A DNA stretch of 56,517 bases, counting the filler, from Squatina squatina (taxonomy: Eukaryota): NCBI GenBank assembly GCA_031763465.1. It is 3 parts of 3 records of this genome, joined end to end, with 100 filler letters (N's around TTAATTAATTAA, not from the genome) between each part and the next. Parts side by side here need not be neighbours in the genome. Positions count along the whole stretch, not along the records: positions 1 to 22,062 come from JARFOE010000235.1; 2 more parts are not named here. One strand, 5' to 3'. Positions 1-12,028 of the stretch are shown here, in pieces. The notes below the pieces were generated by a model. It made no database searches, was not told where the DNA came from, and saw only the letters and a list, made by a program, of their open reading frames with translations. A program made the position numbers and the translations under genes. Positions within the stretch are counted from its first letter, which is position 1, and the number at the start of each line of letters is the position of its first letter.

Positions 1-1676
1 TCACATACTGAAAACCCCACTGTGGAGACTGATTTTAATAATAATCCAGGAGAGATGTTCTTGGGTGGTTTTTGAGTACCCAGGTTAATTTCGGTCAGCA
101 TCTTCCTAAAAGAAGATTCGGACTTTCATAGCAGTAATTAGGTGGATGCTTGTACTGGAGGGTTACATTTTTGATGGGGTAAAATATTTCCCTATATTAA
201 CAGGGGATTCGTTGAACTTGCCAATTCATTTTTAATTGGCCAACGGTTTGATTTTCACTGGTTGCTAACCTCTTATTTTGCATGCATTTGCCTGTGATAT
301 ATTTGTGCTTTTATTTACTTTGCTTCTTTTGCAAACTAAGGGTGACTTTGTCATTCTTTGGTTGGCATGGATCAAACTGGTTTCTTCTATATCCACTCCA
401 CAATTAACTATCTGTGTGATGGAAATAAGTGCATTGAAAGGATGTGAAAGCCCTTGTGCTCTAAAAGACTACTCTGGGAATGTTGTTATCCTAGTTTTGT
501 GATTTTGTATAGTTATACTGTAAAGCTAATGAGGAAACTTGCTCGCTGTGAAAAGCTGATTTGCTAGTTCTACTGTGGGAGTCAGCTGCTGTGCCTGTAA
601 ACTGGCATTGCTGGTACACTGCAATGTTGGACCTGTGAGCTGGCTGCAATTCACACGTGTGAATTTTGGTGTTTTCTATTCAACCCTTTTTTGAAAAAAA
701 AAGAAACACCGAGCTTGTCAAAACAGTCACAGGCAGAAAACCTTTAGGTTGACAATTGACAAAAATGTAGCCAAGTCTAAAACAGGAGTGCGGCTCTCTT
801 CCTGCCACATGCTTGCAGGCTGGTTGATTGGGTACATGTGTGCTCTTTGTCCTTGAGCTACTTAGCATAGATCAAAGCCATCAGAAACCTCTCTTTCAAC
901 TGAGCACAGAACAGCATGGATTGTTTATGGGCTGTTTTTTATGACCAAATCTATTATTTCACTGCAAATCCAACCCGGTTAAGATCACCCTTTGTGAAGA
1001 GTACGATTAGGCAAACTGTAAACGATCAAATTTGAAACAACAAAGCCCCGAGCTAACTGTTTTACATCTACTAGTGTATGATTTTTTTTAATGCTGATTT
1101 AACCTTTCTAGACTCTCATTCAGGTCAGCCTTGTTCCTGCAGTATTTAACAATACTTGTAATCTTGTTTCATTCTGATAAGATTGTAACCGTGTAAGATC
1201 CATTTTTTTTCTCTTTCCACTGGTAACATAGTTTGGCCAACGAGGGTTTGGCTGTATTTCAAGTATGTATTTGATGAAATCATGGATCACAAAACTTTAA
1301 ATGAGGCTACGGCAAAGCTCTCTTTCTCAAATCAAACTATGTTTGCATTACACAAACATAGTCATTCCGTGAAATGCAAAATATCACGGAAAAGGTCACT
1401 TCTAAATTGTAAAATCTCATTGATAGATTAATGTTTTAAACTGTACTCATTGGAACTTAAATTCCTGCCTTCTTTCTCAGACCACAGAAATGTGCTAATC
1501 AAGTCACTGTGCGGACAGGCATCGTGGCTGCAAATGAAGTAAGTCTAACGTTTCTAACCAGTTAACTGGCAAAATGCAGAAGGTTATACGGTGCTTCACC
1601 AGTACTTAGGTGCAAAAGACACAGGCATTAATGGTTGAAAAATTATAATTGTTTCCAGAACTTTGTAATTCAACAG

Positions 1677-2075
1677 CATCTCTCAGTGGGTAAATGCTTC
1701 ACCAAGAATTATACTAAGCCATACAGACCAGGTTGGTCCCACGTTTAATCCTCAGTCTCTGCCGAGCTGGGACAATAGAGAATATGGCACAAATGGCTTC
1801 AGTGCCTTTGAACCAAGAAGGGGCACATGCAAAATAAATGCCAGGGTTCCCCCCACTCCTGACTGCTATCTAGTGACTCCTGGAAAGAATAGGTGTGTGG
1901 ACAGGATTGGGTTCAGCTGTGATGTCACTGAAGGTGAAGAGTCTTCAGACACTCATTGTCTAAGCTTACAGATGAAGAATGGCCACTTATGTAAGGTTAA
2001 CGGAGAGCTGCGGGAACATATGAAACCACATCTCAACATGAAGCAGTGCCTTTGAAGAGGAGAGCAGAGAAGGAA
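1677..2075 (+). mobile_element. Old SINE-like repeat (family A; other copies at about 8458-8910, 16995-17350, 31880-32140, 44050-44290)
   Basis: Recurrent motifs GCCATACAGAC..GGTCCCAGGTT, AATTGGCCTCAGT and GACAGGAT..GCTGTGATGCCC across five diverged copies. Confidence 0.6.
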
Positions 2076-3199
2076 GAACATTTGTAATGTATTTTGCATC
2101 GTGGAGAAGGTTTGAGTTTGCACAACCCTGGAATTTTCACATGACTTGCCAACGACTCTTGTAAGTAAACAATCAAAATCTTTACATTAGTGCATGTCAA
2201 ATCAACATGTTAAAGGGTACTGGAACTGCTTTTAAAGAATCACAGCAAAATAAATGAACGAAGAAAGCTCTTCCTGCGCAGTAAGCTTGCTGTGGTGGTA
2301 CTGGCCATTGAACTGACTTGGAGAAGATCCTTGGCAAGGTGAAGCCAAATTAACTCTGATGGCCAAGATAAAATTTGCCAGTAGACTCCTAAGAGACTGA
2401 GTGCACTCTCCCCAGTAAGAGAGAACCAGTATCTTAACCAGAAGTATCAACATTTGAGAACTAGGATCATGAGGATATGGATTAAAATATGAGATTATCT
2501 CAGGCAATAAGAAGTCACCTTTCATTAAAAAAAAAAACCCTTCAGACCCAGAGAGCACATCTGCTAAAATCTATGGAAGAAAATAGTCACTGGTATAGCT
2601 GATCATGATGGTATGAAATGCAGTCCAGATGTAATCTCCGGTTCAGGACCATATTGAAGCCCAGAAATAGGCCCACCTGATATACTTTCTAACCTCGGAG
2701 GGAAGCGAAGCTTTGATGTACTGTTTCATCTGTCTATTTGACAGATGACCATACATTACATCACCCCTGCTATGCCATCTCTTTGTTATGCTATTTTCTT
2801 ACTTCCAATGCCTCACGCTCCAGTGTGTTCAAAAACTATTGATCTAAAATGGCCTGCTGTTATGATTTTATTGATGTCTGAAATTCNNNNNNNNNNNNNN
2901 NNNNNNNNNNNNNNNNNNNNNNNNNNNNNNNNNNNNNNNNNNNNNNNNNNNNNNNNNNNNNNNNNNNNNNNNNNNNNNNNNNNNNNATATATTTTCACAG
3001 CACCATAAATGACATAAAAGTATTCTAGAGCAACTATGACAGTGGAAGTCTTTTTTGTTTAGCAGAAAGGAGATGTTTTGCCTCCTTTCCCCCTAGTGCC
3101 ATGAGCAAATCATTCCTTGATTCGTCAGCATGTTAAACTTCATTCAATGTTTTACATTCTAAAAATGAATACATTAGATGATTGGAGATACAAACATTT

Positions 3200-6100
3200 T
3201 GCCAGAAACAAATTATTTTATTTACACAAACACAAATGTTATAACATGATACAAAATACTGGACTCCAAACAATACAGAAAGGGAAGATGGAGTGAGAGA
3301 GGGAGGAGGAAATTTGATTTACATCAGTTTGAATGTGACAAAAATTATAAACAACTGCTACAACACAATACTGTTAATAAGTCACCTTACACACACTTAG
3401 CACTGCACCTAAATACAGACATTTAACTTATTGACAATTCTATTAGTGACACTGGGTGGTGTCAATGGATACAAAACAATAAAAATGTGGTTTAAATGCA
3501 AATTTAACAAGTTTTGTAGTTATACATTTGAAAATAAATTCAAATAAATTGTTGCCAACACAGCAAGGAAATGGTTATAGACAGACTTTTNNNNNNNNNN
3601 NNNNNNNNNNNNNNNNNNNNNNNNNNNNNNNNNNNNNNNNNNNNNNNNNNNNNNNNNNNNNNNNNNNNNNNNNNNNNNNNNNNNNNNNNNAACTACTGGT
3701 TGTCTGGAACAATAACGTTTGATGACACCTATTTTATAGGAGAATAATGGGGCACATTTACAGTCCTCGTGACATTATGGTAATGGGAGCTGCTATAATT
3801 GTAACTTGGACAAAAGCATGAAAGCAGCAGCAACTCAGATCTCAAAGCCGATCAACACTGAGAAAATGATTGCCCAACTTGTGCCCTGACATCTAACCCA
3901 CAATAGACGAGAATCATAAAGTAGAACAGGACAATGAATCAAATCTACCCAGTGCTGTGTGAAGCAGTCTGACGATGATTACCCTGATGCAGAATGCCAG
4001 CTAGCTGCGTGAGAAAATCTGAAGATTCCGTATTGGTGAAAAGGTTACAGCAACACAGTACAATTTAATAACACAAGCCATATCTGCACTCTGCTGTAAT
4101 ACAGTGTAATGCAAGCTGTCATCAAAGCTTGCTTCTTTGTTCCTCCAACAGAGATGTCTATTATAATTGTACATTTGAACACCAAGCTATACCCCAGTGG
4201 AAAATCTAGCATAAGGAGTTTTGGCAAAGCAACTTTTGCACCTGTAGAGAATCTTAAAGGGAAATAATGACTAATTTTCCCAGTTAGAATGCTTACATGA
4301 ACTAATTAATTAGAATGGCCTTTTCACTTTTACATTTTAATATAGAATTTGATTCTTTTGTTGAAGGTGTTTGATGGAACCAAAAATATTATGAAGCAAG
4401 TCCATCTATCACTAAAATCTACAGGGTTGGCCCTGGAAGAAGCACTTTTCAGACACTAGGCACACATTGGAAAAATCAATATTTGTACAGGAAACCCAGT
4501 TTCACTGTTTAAAACACATTACCTTCTTACAGCTGAGCAGTCATGCTATATTCATCTTTAAACTGTATTAAAAACAATGTAACAGCACAATTTTTTGTAC
4601 AAACATTAAGATCTGAACAAATAATTTAATCAACCTCCCATCTTTACCCCAATCTTGTACATTTATAAGGTCACCGTGAAATCCACATTTCATTTCAAAT
4701 CACACTAACTTTAGCTAATGAAATCGCTTCTTTCATCTTGAAAGCTAATAGGTTAATGCTGCAGCATTCTCATGGTCAGTAAAGCCCATCCAGTGGACCC
4801 CAAAATGAAAGCAATTTCTTGTTAAAACTTTCCATCACTTCATAAATAAAGGAATGAAAACAGGATTCAACTAAAACTGAAAAAGAGGAATGTACGCACA
4901 ACTGTTAAAACNNNNNNNNNNNNNNNNNNNNNNNNNNNNNNNNNNNNNNNNNNNNNNNNNNNNNNNNNNNNNNNNNNNNNNNNNNNNNNNNNNNNNNNNN
5001 NNNNNNNNNNNNNNNNNNNNNNNNNNNNNNNNNNNNNNNNNNNNNNNNNNNNNNNNNNNNNNNNNNNNNNNNNNNNNNNNNNNNNNNNNNNNNNNNNNNN
5101 NNNNNNNNNNNNNNNNNNNNNNNNNNNNNNNNNNNNNNNNNNNNNNNNNNNNNNNNNNNNNNNNNNNNNNNNNNNNNNNNNNNNNNNNNNNNNNNNNNNN
5201 NNNNNNNNNNNCTGCACTTGTATTACCTTCTATGGCCAACCCAAGTACGGCAGCAAATCTCTAGTTAACCTGTATTGAGAGGCCCAGCCTTTCACTTCAA
5301 ACATTTACAGATTCACTGAATCAATCTTATAGCTGTCTGTCTACTGATCACAACTCCTACCATGTACAATACAGGTCCAGTCTGTCATTCAAGGTCTTTT
5401 TGATCGTATTTTCTATTTGTGTGAATATTGGTTTAACAGCAGGACAAAGCCCACAAACATTCATTCAGTCATGGTGTCTCTCACCTATCTCTCATCTAGT
5501 AATACAACTTTTTTTCTACTGGTGAAACTATAAAGCCTACCTCTCTATAATCTCTACATTATTAAATATTTACGTTTTTGCACAAACCAATTTGTGAAAC
5601 TCCTCCATTCTTTTTTTAAACCAGGGCCTGCAACTTGGTTTCTTAAATCAACTATTTTACCATGTTTTGGATTATCTGCCAAGGTAGTAAAAAGTTCTGA
5701 CCTTTTAAACACTAAATCAACCTTCTTTAAAATTTAATGAAATAGTGAAATCCCTCATCCACTGTCCAACTACTCCATTTACTTGCTTACTGAGCTGTCT
5801 GAGTAAGCCGTCAAAAAGCACGAATCTGTACAACTCATACTGCATAATGCATCAGTTCAGTCACACACAAAATTATCAGGGTTATCAATTTGCTTCCATC
5901 TGGACGTTACGTTTAATGCCACAATTCAACAACCATTGNNNNNNNNNNNNNNNNNNNNNNNNNNNNNNNNNNNNNNNNNNNNNNNNNNNNNNNNNNNNNN
6001 NNNNNNNNNNNNNNNNNNNNNNNNNNNNNNNNNNNNNNNNNNNNNNNNNNNNNNNNNNNNNNNNNNNNNNNNNNNNNNNNNNNNNNNNNNNNNNNNNNNN

Positions 6101-7216
6101 NNNNNNNNNNNNNNNNNNNNNNNNNNNNNNNNNNNNNNNNNNNNNNNNNNNNNNNNNNNNNNNNNNNNNNNNNNNNNNNNNNNNNNNNNNNNNNNNNNNN
6201 NNNNNNNNNNNNNNNNNNNNNNNNNNNNNNNNNNNNNNNNNNNNNNNNNNNNNNNNNNNNNNNNNNNNNNNNNNNNNNNNNNNNNNNNNNNNNNNNNNNN
6301 NNNNNNNNNNNNNNNNNNNNNNNNNNNNNNNNNNNNNNNNNNNNNNNNNNNNNNNNNNNNNNNNNNNNNNNNNNNNNNNNNNNNNNNNNNNNNNNNNNNN
6401 NNNNNNNNNNNNNNNNNNNNNNNNNNNNNNNNNNNNNNNNNNNNNNNNNNNNNNNNNNNNNNNNNNNNNNNNNNNNNNNNNNNNNNNNNNNNNNNNNNNN
6501 NNNNNNNNNNNNNNNNNNNNNNNNNNNNNNNNNNNNNNNNNNNNNNNNNNNNNNNNNNNNNNNNNNNNNNNNNNNNNNNNNNNNNNNNNNNNNNNNNNNN
6601 NNNNNNNNNNNNNNNNNNNNNNNNNNNNNNNNNNNNNNNNNNTCATGTCAATTTTGACCATGTCCCAAAAACCAACAGCAGTATTTCATTGATGTAAATT
6701 AAGGCATTTAAAAATTAAGTTGTGAGTTTCAACCACTTTTTTTTTTATAAAAGGCACAAATTTCCTTTCAATTCTCCTGACAAAATTATTATGCTGCTTC
6801 CTCTCCATCCCTTTTTCTTTCCTGCTTTTCAACATCCTCTAGGAAGCAGACTTATCAACTCTCATAAGCATTTCAAACGCTAACATCTTACCCACTTCAC
6901 TTAGGCTAGGGATCTGAAATCAAAGCCTCGAGTGTTTTGCAACCTTTAAAACATTATTCTCCCTTAAGGGAGAACAGATGAACTTTGAAGAAATACAAAG
7001 CTGCGGTGTCCCTTTAAACTCTTCCAATTTCAGGTCTTCAAATACAGACAGATTGGCTAGTGAATCTAGCTTGAAGACTAGATGTTTTTCACAACAGTTC
7101 AAGTTCAATACAATAACACTGTCAGAGGCAGACAATGGACACTGTATGTCTGATAGACTTTAAAGGAGGTTACAAGAAAGATTCACAAAGGTGACAGTAA
7201 TATGACCATTGGCACT
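3200..7216 (-). other. HDAC5: Probable HDAC5 3'UTR with candidate polyadenylation signal
   Basis: AT-rich, repeat-poor sequence after the stop codon; minus-strand AATAAA at 3217-3222. The end point is inferred and the region contains gaps. Confidence 0.45.
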
Positions 7217-7256
7217 TTACATTGCTGGCTCTTCTTCCATTGGTTCTTCACCTTGC
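7217..7256 (-). CDS. HDAC5: HDAC5 terminal coding exon with stop codon
   Basis: ttttctttag|G CAA GGT GAA GAA CCA ATG GAA GAA GAG CCA GCA ATG TAA = (R)QGEEPMEEEPAM*; matches the class IIa C-terminal EEPMEEEP motif. Confidence 0.9.
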
Positions 7257-8974
7257 CTAAAGAAAATAGAAAAATAAAGAGCATGTACAAAAGATCTTCC
7301 TACATCTTATAATCGAAGAGATCAAAAATAGATAGACACTTTAAATGCTAAGTTTTCTGTTTTTTTTTTAAATAAAAAGAGTTCTTTAATTTCAGTTCAT
7401 TTTTTAATATCCCTGGAAATTTAGCATTTTTAGTTTAAACTATCCAGTTGACCAATGTGGAAAACAAATATTTTCTGGGTGATTATCAGGGAAACATTCA
7501 CAGCTAAAAAAAAAAATAAACTCAGCTAACTTTTCTGTTAGCTAAAAATGTAGGCTTTATATTTATTTGGGCTACATATATAAATATTTTTAGATGATAC
7601 ACAAAAGAGGAAGGACCACAAATCACACCACACTTTANNNNNNNNNNNNNNNNNNNNNNNNNNNNNNNNNNNNNNNNNNNNNNNNNNNNNNNNNNNNNNN
7701 NNNNNNNNNNNNNNNNNNNNNNNNNNNNNNNNNNNNNTTATGGGTAGCTAAAAAGTTGTATAGAACCAAATTTCATGACTGTCCAAAATACAGATTCCAG
7801 GAATCACTTAGTTAGAAAATCTGTTCCAGTTCAGGTGAGAAAATAAAATGATTAGAAATACAGACTGTTGATAATTCAAAATTTTTTTTGCACTAATCTT
7901 TTCAGTTATCCAATAACTTGAATGAATCAATGTAAATAACACAACAAAGTGGGAATTTAAGGCTATAAAACAGAATGATCAGATTTCAATTAAGTCATTT
8001 TGAATTATGGTGTGAGAACTATACTTTAACCACCACCACCCCCCCACAAATTAATTTTAAAAAATTGAAAATAAGTATTACACAGATATGTCATGGCCAG
8101 AAATTGAATAAATTCAACTGAGCTCTTATACTAATAAAGGCTAATCTGGGGCTACTGTGGAGAATAATCCAATGGCCTCACCTAGATTAGACAAACTTGC
8201 AGCTTCACTGTCTATGTGTTATGAGGCCAGGACTACTAGTTGTTTGAACAAGGTATCACATCTGGAACTATCAGGTATTCTACTATACAATGAAATCAGT
8301 GCTGAGCAATGGCAGCAGATATTAAACTTTAATGGTTCAAAGTCAATTGTCCATAAATCAATCCATGTGGTGTAGGTCCTGACAGGTACTGAAACTTCAA
8401 CGTATGGTTCCCCCCTACTAAGCAGCCTTAATTCTTTTTTATAAAAAGGAAGGCTCCTGTGATAGCTCAGAAAGGTTATTCAGTGAGTAGCTGAGCCATA
8501 CAGACTAGTAAGGTCCCAGGTTTGACCCCAGTCTGTTATCTGATCTCAGCAGGAGTGGCAACAGGGTTTCTACAATCGGCTGCAGTGNNNNNNNNNNNNN
8601 NNNNNNNNNNNNNNNNNNNNNNNNNNNNNNNNNNNNNNNNNNNNNNNNNNNNNNNNNNNNNNNNNNNNNNNNNNNNNNNNNNNNNNNAGGGAGTACAAAA
8701 ATAAGGTTCGATTCCTGCTCTTGATTGCTATTCTGTGACCAGTTTTATAAAGTGAATGTGCGCAGACCTTCACTGAGGATAGGATCAGGCTCGGCTGCAC
8801 TGATCCCATGATTAAATAGACTGCCAATATGGAAGGACAACTGGCTTTCGTTGAATGAAACACCATTGAAAAATTACTGCCTTGATGTGAGGAGAGCAGC
8901 AGAGAAAAATTGACAAAGTGACTATTGACATTTCTGCAACCTACTCATTAGTTCACTTCATTAACAAAATGGAG

Positions 8975-9180
8975 ATTCATCTCTCCTGCCTTCCATCCTA
9001 TCACCCACCTTCCCTTTAGGTTCTTTCCTCCCCTTCCTCTGTACTTGCTTAAAACCTGTTACATCTCTAACTTTATCCAGTTCTCACAAAAGGTCATCGA
9101 CCCGAAACATTAACTCGGTTTCTCTCTCCACAGATTCTGCCTGACCCGCTGAGTGTTTCCAGCATTTTATGTTTTCATTA
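8975..9180 (+). mobile_element. Penelope-like terminal repeat, second copy, in the last HDAC5 intron
   Basis: Aligns by eye with 28845-28975 (GTTACATCTCTAACTT...GGTCATCGACCCGAAACATTAACT...CTGACCCGCTGAGTGTTTCCAGCATTTT). Confidence 0.7.
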
Positions 9181-10051
9181 ACTATCTATCAACATTGTTT
9201 GCCGCAGATTTATCTCCAGGTTTGCTGGCAGTGCCTTTTGATTTAAAATGTTCCAGTGTTTGCCAAGCACATTTCTCACAGTGCAAGCGCCATTTACTTC
9301 AGCTGCTGCCAGCAAACCAGAGAGCAGAAGGCAGTAATACTGTCAGTGGGAACATAAATTTATACATTTATGCCATGCTGGGAGGAGTTCTTCCACATTA
9401 ATGACTAAGGGTTACAGGCCATAATCATGGCTACAGTGATCTAGAGGAGCATACCATTTAAAGTACTGGTAAAGAAAAGACAAGATCCCCTCAGATCTGA
9501 TTCTGCCACTATTAGTACTTTTATGAAGAGAGATAAACTAGTGATGGGTTGACAGCCCCTTGGCAGGTCTCATTTGCTGAGCCCTACCAGTCGCCTAACA
9601 CCAAGAGACGGGGGAACAAATGACATTGGTAAGAACAGATTAACCGCAAATAAAATCAATTTAGCAGTACCTCTCCCACCAATGACAGGAATAACCATGC
9701 TTACTCTTTTCCTAAAGGACGTGACTGCTGCCAACGAAATATAGTAGTTGCGCATGCGCTGTTCAAGTGTTTTTTGTATGTTCTCACCAGGCTGCCCACA
9801 GATTGGCGAGAAAGGAGGGGAGCGGGTGGGGGAAAAAGAGATCGCTGCTGCTGAACGGAGATGCGTCAGAAGAAAATAAAAATCAGAAGAAATTGAACTG
9901 GTGTTTCGGCTTATGAAAGTTAACATTTATGCGCAGAGTTCTTCTGCACAGCTTCCGGTTTGTTGGCAGCAGTCACTCAGCTAAAAAAGCGGCAGTGCCA
10001 TTTACTTAACTTCACTATTTAAAAAAACATCAAGTTAGATGATCTGGTTAC

Positions 10052-10205
10052 CTGGCCTCTGGTTCAGAATTGCTTTGCTCAGTATCTACGGACAGAGAGG
10101 CTAATGCTGTAACAGTTTCTGCTTCTTCTTTTTCATGCTTTTGGGCCTCTAGCAGAGAGTAGCCTACTGTAGGAGCACAGCGCTTCACCGAATTCCAGTG
10201 TTTGC
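10052..10205 (-). CDS. HDAC5: HDAC5 penultimate coding exon (contains nuclear export signal region)
   Basis: ctttcag|...|gtaac, 154 nt, KHWNSVKRCAPTVGYSLLEAQKHEKEEAETVTALASLSVDTEQSNSEPEA(R); EEAETVxAxAxLSV is the class IIa NES. This frame is not in the supplied ORF track. Confidence 0.9.
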
Positions 10206-11345
10206 CTGAAAGTCAAATCACAATGGCTTGGAACATTTGTCAAATGCTTAACTTTATTGGGGCACACACTAACAACTATAACCAATATATAGTGTAAATA
10301 ACTATCAATGCTGTAAACAGATATAAAATGTGACAACTGTGTACCATGCAACCATCCTTTCTCCAGTCAAGGTAGAGAAGGCAATTAAGAGAAAGACTAC
10401 AATCATTTCAGATCACAGCTGAGCCTGACCATATTCTCACCCAAATTCGGTACACATTGCCAGTTTGGCCTAACATTTTGTAGTTGAATGAATATGTTAA
10501 TCGAGTCCCTCCACAAATGCAGATCTAGTCACTGGAGCTGAGGCAGCTGTGTAAGCAAAGCAGAGTTATGCTGTACAGAACTCTTTCAAATGGAGGCAGT
10601 ACTATACATGTCAATGTGCATTGCTCTGTTTACATTGCAGGGTTGACTGGTGGCAACACAGCAACAACTACACATGCACCTTTGAGATTGTTAAGCAACT
10701 GCGAACATGCAAACACCACTAATNNNNNNNNNNNNNNNNNNNNNNNNNNNNNNNNNNNNNNNNNNNNNNNNNNNNNNNNNNNNNNNNNNNNNNNNNNNNN
10801 NNNNNNNNNNNNNNNNNNNNNNNNNNNNNNNNNNNNNNNNNNNNNNNNNNNNNNNNNNNNNNNNNNNNNNNNNNNNNNNNNNNNNNNNNNNNNNNNNNNN
10901 NNNNNNNNNNNNNNNNNNNNNNNNNNNNNNNNNNNNNNNNNNNNNNNNNNNNNNNNNNNNNNNNNNNNNNNNNNNNNNNNNNNNNNNNNNNNNNNNNNNN
11001 NNNNNNNNNNNNNNNNNNNNNNNNNNNNNNNNNNNNNNNNNNNNNNNNNNNNNNNNNNNNNNNNNNNNNNNNNNNNNNNNNNNNNNNNNNNNNNNNNNNN
11101 NNNNNNNNNNNNNNNNNNNNNNCTGCCCAAGTCAGGGCTGCAGCTGTTGGCAGTGGTAATATAAAGGCTGGATTAAAGAGTTGCCACTTTGGAATTTAAT
11201 TAAATTGTAAATTTGTTTAACTAAGTGCTTTGAAATAGTTGATCAAGGAAAAATAACTCGCCAATATTATTGTCATACAGCCATATGCACAAAATATTCA
11301 AGCATTACATCAATATGTGAATAAGCTGACAGCGAGACAACTTAC

Positions 11346-11430
11346 TCTGAATTTCAATAACTTTCTCTAGTGATGCTGCTGCATTCGCATTGGGTTTTTG
11401 CTGAAGTATTTCCTGAGGAAGAGGATCCAG
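11346..11430 (-). CDS. HDAC5: HDAC5 exon
   Basis: tcatcag|...|gtaag, 85 nt, [28 protein letters not shown](S). Confidence 0.9.
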
Positions 11431-11894
11431 CTGATGAAATTTATAAAAAAAACACGAATAATGTGCCATTATATACATATACATTAATTACTCCAGCACT
11501 GCTTGGAAATAAATAAGACTGCAAGTTTTATTTTCTTATGTCAGAAAGTGCATAAAACCCCCACAAATTTCATCATTCATCCATCATTTTAAGTTACAAA
11601 CGCTGTAGTCTCCTATTAGCTGAATTTTTAATGCACTTTCAGCCACTCAAGAGTTATATGCATGTATGTTTACAAAACAAATAGATTATTATGGGAAAAA
11701 TCAACTGTCCCAAAGACTAAATAAGACTTTAGCTGAATCCCTGCAATTTTTTTTAATGACAATCTGTTACTTTTAAAGTACATTCTGTGCTCCAGTATAT
11801 CAAGCAAGGATTGTCAGTTTAGCGCCTATGCCCGTTAAGTTAAAGTAGTATGTTTACAGCATGATCTGGTTTTGATTTTGACTGTTCTGCATAC

Positions 11895-12028
11895 CTCATT
11901 ACCCAGCAGGGCTGAAACGCAGGACTCGGATGCATCACAGATGGCAGTGAGATCATGTCCTCCCTCCAAAGCAAGAACCACACGTCCTGCAGCTAGCTTC
12001 ATCAGCTGTTTGGTCAGGTAGCCAAAAC
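11895..12028 (-). CDS. HDAC5: HDAC5 exon with class IIa EGGH motif
   Basis: ctctcatag|...|gtatg, 134 nt, [44 protein letters not shown]. His (11955-11957) replaces the catalytic Tyr, which is diagnostic of vertebrate class IIa. Confidence 0.92.
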
